Shown piece after piece: positions 31,313-39,738 of a DNA stretch of 39,738 nucleotides (positions within the stretch are counted from its first letter, which is position 1; every line of letters begins with the position of its first letter). The stretch is from contig JALEGR010000020.1 in the NCBI GenBank assembly GCA_022763265.1, forward strand, positions 1 through 39,738, written 5' to 3'. The notes beneath the pieces are model-generated. The model was not told the DNA's origin. It did no database searches and saw only the letters and a list, made by a program, of their open reading frames with translations. A program made the translations under genes and the position numbers. The stretch is from Minisyncoccota bacterium (lineage in GTDB: Bacteria > Patescibacteriota > Minisyncoccia > Phycocordibacterales > CAJQIN01).

Positions 31313-31341
31313 ATATTCCATATATTGATATGTTTTGTCAA
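31313..31341 (-). promoter_or_regulatory. minus-strand promoter TTGACA-17-GAATAT
   Basis: Plus-strand tgtcaa at 31336-31341 and atattc at 31313-31318. Confidence 0.45.
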
Positions 31342-31359
31342 TAATGATACAAAATAATA

Positions 31360-32367
31360 ATGAAAAAGGTGTTCGTAGGATTATCTGGCGGAGTTGATAG
31401 TTCTGTAACAGCCGCTTTGTTAAAGAAACAAGGGTATGATGTTACAGGAGTATATATAAAAGGATGGTATCCAAGTTGGATTAGGTGTAGCTGGAGAGAG
31501 TCAAGGAGGGACGCTATGCGAGTCTGTGCCAAATTAGATATTCCTTTTTTGACACTAGATTTGGAGAAGGAGTACAAAAAAGAAGTTGTAGACTATTTTC
31601 TAGAAGAGTACAAGAAAGGAAATACTCCAAATCCAGACATCATGTGTAACAAATACATAAAGTTTGGCAGTTTTTTTGATTTTGCTATGGGAAATGGAGC
31701 AGACTTTGTTGCTACGGGTCACTATGCTATCTCCAAAGATTCCAAGTTGTATAGAGGAAAGGACAATGAAAAAGATCAAAGCTACTTCCTCTGGACAATT
31801 TCTAAAGAAAAACTACCTAAAATCACATTTCCTCTTGGGGAATATCAAAAAAAGGAAACAAGAAAACTTGCTAAAGAGTTTGGTTTACCAACTTCAGAGA
31901 AAAAAGACAGCCAGGGAATATGTTTTCTTGAAGATATTTCCATGGAAGAGTTCCTAAAATATTATTTTCCTCCAAAGGAAGGAAATGTGTTGGATCCAGA
32001 AGGTAATGTTATTGGCACTCACGAAGGATCTATATACTATACAATCGGCCAAAGGCGTGGATTTACTACATCCCAAAATATGCAAGCTTTTGTTATTTCA
32101 AAAGACATGGAGAAAAACACTATTACTGTCTCAGAAAAAAGGCCGGAAAGAAACTCTGGAGATATTCTGTTACACAAAGAAAACTGGATAACAGTACCAG
32201 AGGAAGGAAAAGAATATACTTTTCAATCAAGGTACAGGCAGAAGCCAACTAGATGCAGAATTTCTGGTAATAAACTAGAGATATTAGAAAAATCAGATAC
32301 ACCAACTAGTGGCCAATCAATTGTTGTATATGCTGGAGATGAGTGTTTGGGAGGTGGTATAATATAA
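31360..32367 (+). CDS. mnmA: tRNA-specific 2-thiouridylase MnmA
   Basis: GLSGGVDSSVTAALL PP-loop, NPDIMCN, ATGHYA, DQSYFL, SQGICF. Confidence 0.9.
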   Translation: MKKVFVGLSGGVDSSVTAALLKKQGYDVTGVYIKGWYPSWIRCSWRESRRDAMRVCAKLDIPFLTLDLEKEYKKEVVDYFLEEYKKGNTPNPDIMCNKYIKFGSFFDFAMGNGADFVATGHYAISKDSKLYRGKDNEKDQSYFLWTISKEKLPKITFPLGEYQKKETRKLAKEFGLPTSEKKDSQGICFLEDISMEEFLKYYFPPKEGNVLDPEGNVIGTHEGSIYYTIGQRRGFTTSQNMQAFVISKDMEKNTITVSEKRPERNSGDILLHKENWITVPEEGKEYTFQSRYRQKPTRCRISGNKLEILEKSDTPTSGQSIVVYAGDECLGGGII

Positions 32368-32370
32368 GCC

Positions 32371-33213
32371 ATGTTTGATGAGAAAATCCTAATTGAAAAG
32401 GCTACAGGAGAAAAAGAATATTTTGATCCTACAAAATTAGAGAATTCTTTACTCAGGTCTGGTGCAAATACAGCTATTGTTGATGAGGTTCTGGAGGAGA
32501 TTTCAAAAAAGATAACTCCAGGCATGACCACAAAGCATATCTATACATATGCTTTCTCTCTGCTAAACAAGAAGGATAAACCAGTTGCTGCCAACTACTC
32601 AACTAGAAGGGCTGTGATGGATCTAGGTCCATCTGGTTTTCCATTTGAGAATTTAATTGCTCATATGTACATGGAAATGGGTTACAGGACACATGTAGGA
32701 AGAAGGATTAGGGGTAAGTGTAGCGAGCATGAGGTAGATGTGCTTGCGTACAATGAAGAGGAAGTGATTCTAATTGAAGCAAAATTCCATAACCAACTAG
32801 GCATGAGAACGGATACAAAGGTTGCGCTGTATGTCAGAGCAAGATACGAAGATTTAGAAAATGCTGAGATTATGCTTGAGGGTAGAAAGAGAAAGATGAC
32901 AGAAGGGTGTCTTTTTACCAACACAAAGTTCACAAAAGGTGCCATTGATTATGCATCATGTGCGGGAGTAAATCTTGTAGGGTGGAATTATCCAGCAAAA
33001 GACAACCTCAATGACTTAATTGAAAAAACTAATATCCATCCAGTAACATCTTTAACCTCTATATCAAAAGCCCAGAAATTGCTACTTTTGGAACAGGGTG
33101 TGGTTCTATTGAAGAACATAAAGAAGAATGAGAATCTTTTAGGGCCACTTGGTTTATCAAGTGAAAAGAGGAAAAAAGTTTTGGATGAGATAAATCAAGT
33201 TTGCAATGATTAG
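32371..33213 (+). CDS. ATP-cone domain protein fused to a restriction-endonuclease-like (Mrr-type) domain
   Basis: N-terminal ATP-cone pattern (ILIEKATGEKEYFDPTKLENSL). PD-(D/E)xK-like EVDVLAY..VILIEAKFH. Confidence 0.65.
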   Translation: MFDEKILIEKATGEKEYFDPTKLENSLLRSGANTAIVDEVLEEISKKITPGMTTKHIYTYAFSLLNKKDKPVAANYSTRRAVMDLGPSGFPFENLIAHMYMEMGYRTHVGRRIRGKCSEHEVDVLAYNEEEVILIEAKFHNQLGMRTDTKVALYVRARYEDLENAEIMLEGRKRKMTEGCLFTNTKFTKGAIDYASCAGVNLVGWNYPAKDNLNDLIEKTNIHPVTSLTSISKAQKLLLLEQGVVLLKNIKKNENLLGPLGLSSEKRKKVLDEINQVCND

Positions 33214-33445
33214 TTTTAAGGAAAGAGTGTTCAAGGTAGTTAGAAAAATACCAGCAGGTAAAATTTTGACTTACAAAGAAGTAGCAGAAAAGGCTGGATC
33301 ACCAAGAGCCTCTAGAGCTGTTGGGAATATCTTAAACACCAATTATGATCCTGAAATTCCTTGCCACAGAGTAATTAGATCAGATGGTAAAGTTGGTGGG
33401 TATAATAGAGGCAGTAAATTAAAAGCTAAAAAGATACAAGATTAA
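33206..33445 (+). CDS. MGMT-family protein (methylated-DNA-protein-cysteine methyltransferase DNA-binding domain only, 79 aa)
   Basis: IPAGKILTYKEVA...SRAVGNIL...IPCHRVIRSDGKVGGY, with the PCHR active-site motif present. Confidence 0.75.
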   Translation: MISFKERVFKVVRKIPAGKILTYKEVAEKAGSPRASRAVGNILNTNYDPEIPCHRVIRSDGKVGGYNRGSKLKAKKIQD

Positions 33446-33869
33446 AAAAGGTGAAGATTACATCGGAACATCTGTAGTTTTTATATGTCATGATGGAAAT
33501 GGTAGGTATCTTCTAAATAAAAGAAGTGTTAATTGTCGAGATGAGCATGGAAGATGGGATATTGGTGGAGGAGGAATAGAGTTTGGTGACACTATTGAAG
33601 ATACCTTGAAAAAAGAACTAGAAGAAGAATTTGGATGTTCTGTATTAGAATTTAGTACTCTAGGAACCAGGGAGATACATAGGGAACATGAGGGTAAGAA
33701 AACTCACTGGGTATCTTTTGACCACAAGGTTTTAATTAACCCAGAAGAGGTAGAAAATAGGGAACCACATAAGTTCGATGATTTGGGATGGTTTAAATTA
33801 GATGAATTTCCAGAACCAATGCATTCGCAGTGGCCAATCTTTTTTGAAAAGTATAAAGATTCTCTATAA
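33441..33869 (+). CDS. Nudix hydrolase lacking a canonical start codon (tentative ATT start)
   Basis: The frame is open from 33423. Nudix-like sequence begins at EDYIGTSVVFICHDGNGRYLL. Variant box GGIEFGDTIEDTLKKELEEEFG. The first ATG/GTG/TTG in frame is at 33606, inside the box. Confidence 0.55.
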   Translation: MKKGEDYIGTSVVFICHDGNGRYLLNKRSVNCRDEHGRWDIGGGGIEFGDTIEDTLKKELEEEFGCSVLEFSTLGTREIHREHEGKKTHWVSFDHKVLINPEEVENREPHKFDDLGWFKLDEFPEPMHSQWPIFFEKYKDSL

Positions 33870-34453
33870 TGGATAAGTTTGCAGAGATGAAAAAGGTAAG
33901 AGACGAAGTAGTTTCTTTTACAGAATCTCCTTTATGTCAGCTTCGTATAAAGGAAGGGTATCTCCCTGTTATTGGTGAAGGAAGCCATGATGCAGAAATT
34001 ATGTTTATCGGAGAAGCACCCGGCAAAAACGAGGCTGAAACAGGAAGACCATTTTGCGGTGCATCAGGCAGGGTTTTAGATGAGTTACTTCTACATATTA
34101 ATTTAGATAGAAAAGAGGTTTATGTGGCTAATATTTTGAAAGATAGACCACCGTTAAACAGAGATCCAAAACCAGAAGAAATTGAAATGTACGGACCATT
34201 CCTAGATAGACAAATTGAAATAATAAAACCTAAGGTAGTTGCCACCTTAGGAAGATTCTCTGCAAACTATGTTATGAAAAGATATGGACTAGATTTTGAA
34301 ATAGAACCCATATCTAGTATGCATGGAAAAAAGTTTCAAGCAGAGCACTTTACAGTAATTCCACTTTTTCATCCTGCTGTTGGTGTATACGATGCTTCCA
34401 GGAAAGATGATCTAAAGAAAGATTTTGAGATATTGAAGGAGTTTGTTAAATAA
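33869..34453 (+). CDS. uracil-DNA glycosylase, family 4
   Basis: IMFIGEAPGKNEAETGRPFCGASGRVLDELL, PLFHPA. TAATG overlap with the Nudix gene. Confidence 0.85.
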   Translation: MDKFAEMKKVRDEVVSFTESPLCQLRIKEGYLPVIGEGSHDAEIMFIGEAPGKNEAETGRPFCGASGRVLDELLLHINLDRKEVYVANILKDRPPLNRDPKPEEIEMYGPFLDRQIEIIKPKVVATLGRFSANYVMKRYGLDFEIEPISSMHGKKFQAEHFTVIPLFHPAVGVYDASRKDDLKKDFEILKEFVK

Positions 34454-34467
34454 GGTAATGTAGAAAA

Positions 34468-36210
34468 ATGAATTCAAACGAAGTCAGGCAAAAATTCTTA
34501 AACTTCTTTAGTGAAAGAGGACATGCAATTCTCCCTTCTGCCTCTTTGGTTCCAGAAAATGATCCATCTGCCTTATTTACTACAGCTGGAGTTCAACCTT
34601 TGGTACCATACATTCTCCAAGGATCCCATCCAGAAGGGTCTAGACTAGCTAGTGTTCAGAAGTGTGTAAGAACTACAGACATTGATGATGTTGGAGATAA
34701 AACTCACGCTACTTTCTTTGAAATGCTTGGTAACTGGTCTATCGGAGATTACTTCAAGGAAGATGCTATTAAATGGAGTTATGAACTTTTGACTAAGGAA
34801 TTTGGACTTGATCCAGAAAGATTGTATATAACCGTCTACCGTGGAGATGAGGAAGTTCCTAAAGATACTGAATCAGTTGAGTTTTGGAAGTCTGTCGGGG
34901 TACCAGAAAACAGAATTTATCCTCTTGGAGATGCCAACTTTTGGCCAAAGCCAAAGAAAGATGATGACTACTCTGGTCCTTGTGGACCAAGTACTGAAAT
35001 GTTTTATGACCTAACAGAAGAAGGTTTAGGTGATCTTACACAAGAAGAATTTGAAAAAGCAGATGAAGATCAGAAGGTAGTTGAAATCTGGAATGATGTA
35101 TTCATGGAATATAGAAAAGAAAATGGAAATGTTATAGAAAAACTACCAAAACAAAATGTAGATACTGGCTCTGGACTGGAAAGACTCCTTACGATTCTTC
35201 AAAAGAAAGATAACATTTTTGAAACAGATGTTTTTGCTGATCTAATAGCAAAAACTAAAGATATTACATTAAATGAAAGATCTGCAAGAATAGTGGCTGA
35301 TCACATAAGAACGTCTATATTTATGATTGCAGATGGGGTAAAACCATCAAATACAGACAAGGGATATGTTTTAAGAAGGCTACTTAGAAGAGCCATCTTC
35401 CATACAAAGAATAAGAACTTGGGAGAAGACGACTCAAACACTTTAGTAGATATAGTTTATAATACTTACAAAGACCAGTATGATCTAGGTGATATACCAA
35501 ATATCAAAAAGGAGATAAGGGAAGAATCTAGTAAGTTTGAAAAAACTATAGAAAAAGGTGTTAGAGAGTTTGAAAAGATAGATGGAGATATCTCTGGTGA
35601 AGAAGCTTTTACTCTTTTTGCAAGCTATGGCTTTCCAGTTGAAATGACAATGGAATTGGCAAAAGAAAAAAGCATTTCTGTTGATATTGATGGGTATATG
35701 GCTGAGTTAGAGAAACATCAGGAAAAATCAAGAACAGCTTCCTCTGGAAAGTTTAAGGGAGGACTTGGTGGACGCTCTGAGGAAGAACTAAAATATCACA
35801 CAGCTACCCATCTTTTGAATGCGGCTCTTAGAGAAATTTTGGGAGAACATGTTCAACAAAAGGGAAGTAATATTAACCCGGAAAGACTTCGTTTTGATTT
35901 CTCACATAGTGAAAAGCTAACAGACGAGCAAAAACTGCAGATAGAAGATCTAGTGAACAAGTGGATAGAAGCTGATCTGCCGGTATCTTTTGAAGAGGTG
36001 GATCTAGAGAAGGCCAAAAAGATTGGAGCCCTTGGGGTTTTTGGTGATAGATACAAGAACAGAGTAAAAGTGTATTCAATTGGTTCTGTAAGTAAGGAAA
36101 TTTGTGGTGGACCGCATGTAGAAAGAACTAGTTTGTTAGGAAAGTTTGAAATAAAAAAGGAGGAGGCGTCATCTGCCGGTGTTAGGAGAATTAAGGCTGT
36201 ACTTGTATAA
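34468..36210 (+). CDS. alaS: alanyl-tRNA synthetase, short form (580 aa) ending after the editing domain
   Basis: FLNFFSERGHAILPSASLVP, QKCVRTTDIDDVGDKTHATFFEMLGNWSIGDYFK, DTGSGLERL. Editing Zn site HTATHLL...CGGPHV. No C-Ala/DHHA1-like extension. Confidence 0.9.
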   Translation: MNSNEVRQKFLNFFSERGHAILPSASLVPENDPSALFTTAGVQPLVPYILQGSHPEGSRLASVQKCVRTTDIDDVGDKTHATFFEMLGNWSIGDYFKEDAIKWSYELLTKEFGLDPERLYITVYRGDEEVPKDTESVEFWKSVGVPENRIYPLGDANFWPKPKKDDDYSGPCGPSTEMFYDLTEEGLGDLTQEEFEKADEDQKVVEIWNDVFMEYRKENGNVIEKLPKQNVDTGSGLERLLTILQKKDNIFETDVFADLIAKTKDITLNERSARIVADHIRTSIFMIADGVKPSNTDKGYVLRRLLRRAIFHTKNKNLGEDDSNTLVDIVYNTYKDQYDLGDIPNIKKEIREESSKFEKTIEKGVREFEKIDGDISGEEAFTLFASYGFPVEMTMELAKEKSISVDIDGYMAELEKHQEKSRTASSGKFKGGLGGRSEEELKYHTATHLLNAALREILGEHVQQKGSNINPERLRFDFSHSEKLTDEQKLQIEDLVNKWIEADLPVSFEEVDLEKAKKIGALGVFGDRYKNRVKVYSIGSVSKEICGGPHVERTSLLGKFEIKKEEASSAGVRRIKAVLV

Positions 36211-36222
36211 TTAATCTTATAC

Positions 36223-37356
36223 ATGAACTTTTTAGGCAAGAAAGAACAATCTATTTCAATAGTTTTAGATATTGGTAATGCCAGTGTCGGAGGTTCATTG
36301 GTTACTTTTAACAAAAATCAAACTCCTAAAATTCTATATACAACAAGAGTACCTATACCAATTAATGAGAAAGTTGATGAAAATGACCTAACCAGATTAA
36401 TGTCTGACTCACTCGGGTTGGTTTTTAAGAATATATCCAAGGCCGGTCTTAAGCATTTAAATTTTCTTAACATTCACAAGAAAAATATTAAAAGCATACA
36501 CTGTGTTTTAGCTTCCCCATGGTTTATGGCAGAGACAAAAACAGAGATCATTGAAAAACCAGTAACTCTAACTCCAGAATATATTAAAGATCTTGTCCAA
36601 AAAGAAAAAGAAAGTTTCCAAAAGAACATAGATGTCTCTGGAAATATAAAACTTCTTGAACAAAAAATAATTGATACTAAATTAAATGGTTACTCAACAA
36701 GCAAACCTTACGGAAAAAATGCAGACAAATCAGAAATAACTTTCTTTTTAAGTATAGTTCCACAAAGAATCTTGGACATTGTTGAGAAGCATTCAGATGT
36801 AAATTTTGCCATAGATGACGTTTCTTACTACTCATTTTCCCTTGTAGCATATAAGACTTTTATGGATATATTTCCAGAGGACTCCAATGCTGTTATATTC
36901 GACATTACTGGTGAGGTAACAGACATGTCTATAATCGAACAAGACTCTCTCGTAAAAATAGGGTCAGTGCCTATTGGAAGAAATACTATTGCTAGAGAAC
37001 TTGCCAAGAGAAAAGGTGTAACAAATAATATTGCCCTATCTTATCTAGATACATACGCATCTGGTGACACAAATCTCACCCTTACTTTCGATATAGATAA
37101 AGCAATTGAAAGTGTGAAATCTGTATGGGATAAGGAAATTATTAACTTCCTACAAAGGATTTCTGGTAAAACAATATTTATTACATCAGACTCAAAGATT
37201 TTTCGAAGCTATTTAGCAGGTACTGATCCAAAAGAGGTTATAGACATAAATCCGGGACATTTTAAGGGTCTGGTAGATACAGCACAAGGGATCAAAGAAG
37301 ACATTTTTCTATCCACAGATGTTTTTTTCGTTAATAAGTTACTTGATCATGTATAA
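36223..37356 (+). CDS. actin-like ATPase, PilM/FtsA-like
   Basis: ISIVLDIGNASVGGS and AVIFDITGEVTDMSII...VPIGRNTIAREL phosphate-binding motifs. Confidence 0.5.
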   Translation: MNFLGKKEQSISIVLDIGNASVGGSLVTFNKNQTPKILYTTRVPIPINEKVDENDLTRLMSDSLGLVFKNISKAGLKHLNFLNIHKKNIKSIHCVLASPWFMAETKTEIIEKPVTLTPEYIKDLVQKEKESFQKNIDVSGNIKLLEQKIIDTKLNGYSTSKPYGKNADKSEITFFLSIVPQRILDIVEKHSDVNFAIDDVSYYSFSLVAYKTFMDIFPEDSNAVIFDITGEVTDMSIIEQDSLVKIGSVPIGRNTIARELAKRKGVTNNIALSYLDTYASGDTNLTLTFDIDKAIESVKSVWDKEIINFLQRISGKTIFITSDSKIFRSYLAGTDPKEVIDINPGHFKGLVDTAQGIKEDIFLSTDVFFVNKLLDHV

Positions 37357-37367
37357 TAAAAATAGTT

Positions 37368-38654
37368 ATGCCTAAGAAAAAAGAGGGAAGTAAAGTCAAA
37401 ACAAAAATAGTGGATGATGTTGTGGCGCCCATAAAAAGATCCATAAGGGATATTCCTCTTCCAGATAGTAGTGGTGGTAAAAAGCAGACTCATAGAAGAA
37501 AAACTAAGACATCAAGTAGACTACCTAAGGATAGATCTAAATACATGCTTTGGGGCATAGCTGCCGTTTCTGTTCTAGTACTAATTTTTGCTATTGCCTC
37601 TGTATTTTCTGGAGCAACTATTACTATCAAACCAAAACAACAACTTGTTTCCTTAAACAACGCACTTTCAGCATCTATAACTTCGGAGGAAGAAACTGAT
37701 CTTAGATATCAACCAATACAAATAAGTGACACTGCATCAACAGAAGTTCCTGCTGATGGAGAACGTATTGTAGAACAAAAAGCTTCTGGAAGCATTGTTA
37801 TATTTAATAACCACAGTAGTAGTTCACAGCAACTTATAGAGAAAACAAGATTTGAAACTCCTGATGGAAAGATTTATAGGATTTCTGAAGGAGTAACAGT
37901 CCCTGGAAAGAAGGTTGTTGATGGAGAAAGTTTGCCAGGACAGCTTGAAGTTACTGTTTATGCTGATAAGTCTGGAGAAGAGTACAACATTGGTTTAACT
38001 GACTTTACAATTCCAGGTTTCAAAGGTGATCCAAGATACGAAACATTCTCAGCAAAATCAAAGACAGCCATGACAGGAGGTTTCATTGGTACAAAAGCAG
38101 TTATTGATGAAGAGTCTGAGACAAAAGCCAGAGAAGAACTACAATCTGAACTTAAAAATCGTCTCTCAACTGAATTAAGTAAAAGACTTTCTTCTGAACT
38201 ATTGATTCCAGAAGGAGGAATATTCTTTACATTCAATGTTGTACCTTCTACAAGAAATACCAGTGAAAAAGTAGAGATAATTGAAAAGGGTACCATTATG
38301 GCTATAACATTGACACAGAACGATATTGCCAAAGCAGTAGTTTCAGACGAAAAGAATCGCATCGAGATAAATAATATCGATAATATAAACATCTCTCTTG
38401 TGGATTCTGACACTTATGATTCTGTACCAACAGAAAACATAGGAATACTGATACAGGGAGATACCCATCTAGTGTGGACATTTGATGAATCACTCCTAGT
38501 TAAAGATCTTTTAGGAAAACAAAAAGTTAGTCTTTCAAGTATTTTAGCAACCTATGAATCAATTGATAGCGCTAAGGCAGTTCTTAGACCTTTCTGGAAA
38601 AGATCTTTTCCAACAGATAAAGATAGGGTGACTGTTAAAATAGAGCTTGACTAA
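37368..38654 (+). CDS. hypothetical membrane-anchored protein (428 aa)
   Basis: Basic N-terminus, one TM (MLWGIAAVSVLVLIFAIASVF), and a beta-rich extracytoplasmic part. Confidence 0.55.
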   Translation: MPKKKEGSKVKTKIVDDVVAPIKRSIRDIPLPDSSGGKKQTHRRKTKTSSRLPKDRSKYMLWGIAAVSVLVLIFAIASVFSGATITIKPKQQLVSLNNALSASITSEEETDLRYQPIQISDTASTEVPADGERIVEQKASGSIVIFNNHSSSSQQLIEKTRFETPDGKIYRISEGVTVPGKKVVDGESLPGQLEVTVYADKSGEEYNIGLTDFTIPGFKGDPRYETFSAKSKTAMTGGFIGTKAVIDEESETKAREELQSELKNRLSTELSKRLSSELLIPEGGIFFTFNVVPSTRNTSEKVEIIEKGTIMAITLTQNDIAKAVVSDEKNRIEINNIDNINISLVDSDTYDSVPTENIGILIQGDTHLVWTFDESLLVKDLLGKQKVSLSSILATYESIDSAKAVLRPFWKRSFPTDKDRVTVKIELD

Positions 38655-38691
38655 TGTATAAGCTCTGCTAATATATCGATCACTGCCTGAA

Positions 38692-38916
38692 ATGCAAGAA
38701 AACAAAGAGCAAAATAGTAATGAAGCTGAAGGTATTGTCACTGAGGCACTACCAAATGCTATGTTTCGGGTGAAAGTTGATGGTAAAGAAGAAGAGGTCA
38801 TTGCCTATTTGTCAGGTAAGATGAGGATGAATAGAATCCGTGTCTTAATTGGTGATAGGGTAAGAATGGACCTTGACCCTTACGGAGGAAAGGGTAGAAT
38901 TTCAAGACGTTTATAA
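38692..38916 (+). CDS. infA: translation initiation factor IF-1
   Basis: [15 protein letters not shown]...[20 protein letters not shown]1-like fold. Confidence 0.9.
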   Translation: MQENKEQNSNEAEGIVTEALPNAMFRVKVDGKEEEVIAYLSGKMRMNRIRVLIGDRVRMDLDPYGGKGRISRRL

Positions 38917-39033
38917 ATGAAAGTAAAATCTTCAATAAAAAAGAAAGACCCTAACGATAAGATTGTGCGCCGAAAGGGACGGCTTTATAGGATCAATAAG
39001 AAAAACCCTAGAAGAAAAGCCCGCCAGGGCTAG
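38917..39033 (+). CDS. rpmJ: 50S ribosomal protein L36
   Basis: 38-aa [36 protein letters not shown] starting directly after the infA stop. Below the ORF-track size cut-off. Confidence 0.8.
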   Translation: MKVKSSIKKKDPNDKIVRRKGRLYRINKKNPRRKARQG

Positions 39034-39050
39034 TTTATTCTTTATATATT

Positions 39051-39431
39051 ATGAGAATTCAAGGTATTACAATTCCAGATGAAAAAAGATTAGAAATTGG
39101 CCTAACAGCTATCTATGGTGTCGGCAGGCCTCTAGCTAAAAAGATTCTTTCTGATGCCAAAGTAGATCTTGGTAAGAAAGCGAAAGATTTAAATACAGAG
39201 GAAGAAAACTCAATTAGAAAAGAAATTGAGAAGGTGACAATTGAAGGAGACCTCAGACGTGACGTAGGAGGACACATCAAAAGACTTAGAGACATTGGAA
39301 GCTATAGAGGAAAAAGGCATGGTGTGGCTCTACCCGTTAGAGGACAGAGATCAAAAACCAACTCTAGAACAAGAAGAGGAAATGTTAGAAAGACTATGGG
39401 AACAGGTAGGAGAGCAGTAGAAAAGACATAA
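39051..39431 (+). CDS. rpsM: 30S ribosomal protein S13
   Basis: MRIQGITIP..IGLTAIYGVGR...GSYRGKRH..LPVRGQRSKTN. Confidence 0.9.
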   Translation: MRIQGITIPDEKRLEIGLTAIYGVGRPLAKKILSDAKVDLGKKAKDLNTEEENSIRKEIEKVTIEGDLRRDVGGHIKRLRDIGSYRGKRHGVALPVRGQRSKTNSRTRRGNVRKTMGTGRRAVEKT

Positions 39432-39433
39432 TT

Positions 39434-39738
39434 ATGGGTAAAAAAAGAATTATACAAAAATCTGGAGGAGAGATGGACCTTGATAAGGCAAAGAGGTCTA
39501 TTAAATCTGGGAAAAAGAAATTTCCAACAGGAAAACTCTTTGTTCATGCAACATATAACAATACTAAGGCTACGGTAACAGATCCAAAAGGAGGAACTTT
39601 GGCATGGTCATCAAGTGGACTACTTGGATTTAAAGGAGCAAAGAAGGGTACACCATTTGCTGCAGCAAAGGTGGGAGAGATACTGGCAGAAAAAGCAGCT
39701 GCTTTTGGTATGAGGGAGGCTCATGTAGTTGTTAGAGG
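39434..39738 (+). CDS. rpsK: 30S ribosomal protein S11 (3' end runs off the window)
   Basis: Hand translation gives MGKKRIIQK...KLFVHATYNNTKATVTDPKGGTLAWSSSGLLGFKGAKKGTPFAAAKV. Confidence 0.9.
   Translation, partial: MGKKRIIQKSGGEMDLDKAKRSIKSGKKKFPTGKLFVHATYNNTKATVTDPKGGTLAWSSSGLLGFKGAKKGTPFAAAKVGEILAEKAAAFGMREAHVVVR

Noticed and set aside
1-39738. UGA or other stop-codon reassignment, as in some CPR lineages
   Set aside because: TGA cleanly terminates ddl (2057-2059), the K+ channel, the DUF350 protein and others at expected protein ends. TAG and TAA also terminate genes. No well-recognised backbone gene needs read-through; the only conserved frame crossing a stop is paralog B at the 16268 TAG. 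Standard code 11 fits.
1-39738. CRISPR arrays, integrases, transposases, IS elements, reverse transcriptase/DGR or retron components, rRNA genes
   Set aside because: I scanned the ORF list and the intergenic regions. I found no regularly spaced direct repeats, no recombinase or RT-like ORFs and no rRNA-like sequence.

Overview
The backbone is a low-GC bacterial chromosome segment. Hand counts of single 60-nt lines in housekeeping genes gave 28-40 % GC. The short AlaRS, SD-less or leaderless housekeeping genes, a sigma-r4/HARE-HTH protein, a tiny prepilin-like gene and an ATP-cone nuclease suggest a Patescibacteria/CPR-type genome; this is inference only. Standard code 11 applies, since TGA is used as a stop.

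Backbone genes: ddl, tRNA-Ala(UGC), an oxidative pentose-phosphate cluster (zwf-gnd-x-pgl ... pgi/pmi-ROK kinase), ychF, leuS, mltG, mnmA, a small repair run (ATP-cone nuclease, MGMT, Nudix, UDG4), alaS, a pilM/ftsA-like gene, and infA-rpmJ-rpsM-rpsK.

GC-richer segments (42-53 % in spot counts) are interleaved with the backbone. Every gene in them carries a strong AAGGAGG-type SD. Most units also have their own promoter (TTGACA -35 with 17-nt spacing, or an extended -10) and a GC-hairpin terminator.

The largest such segment is a ~10-kb block directly 3' of tRNA-Ala (2163-12190). It encodes a K+ channel, an XpaC-like/TelA-like pair, DUF4178-like and unknown proteins, a large lipoprotein with a YjfM-like Gly/Tyr tail, a four-repeat DUF350 membrane protein, a membrane-anchored spermidine-synthase-like enzyme, and three small genes. 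I read it as a candidate, functionally uncharacterised envelope-stress/polyamine system acquired horizontally. This is my top candidate for the novel system.

The second strong oddity is a 1093-aa LeuRS with two tandem, canonical Nudix domains inserted between the CP1 editing domain and the YRLRDW core.

Other observations:
- Two translation-initiation dialects: leaderless/SD-less backbone genes versus SD-led inserts.
- Tandem paralogs splitting the PPP cluster, one with an in-frame TAG at codon 11.
- A promoter-to-terminator ~160-nt candidate sRNA.
- An orphan transcription unit after the tRNA.
- A Nudix gene with no canonical start codon next to an A6G run.

No CRISPR array, integrase, transposase or rRNA was seen.
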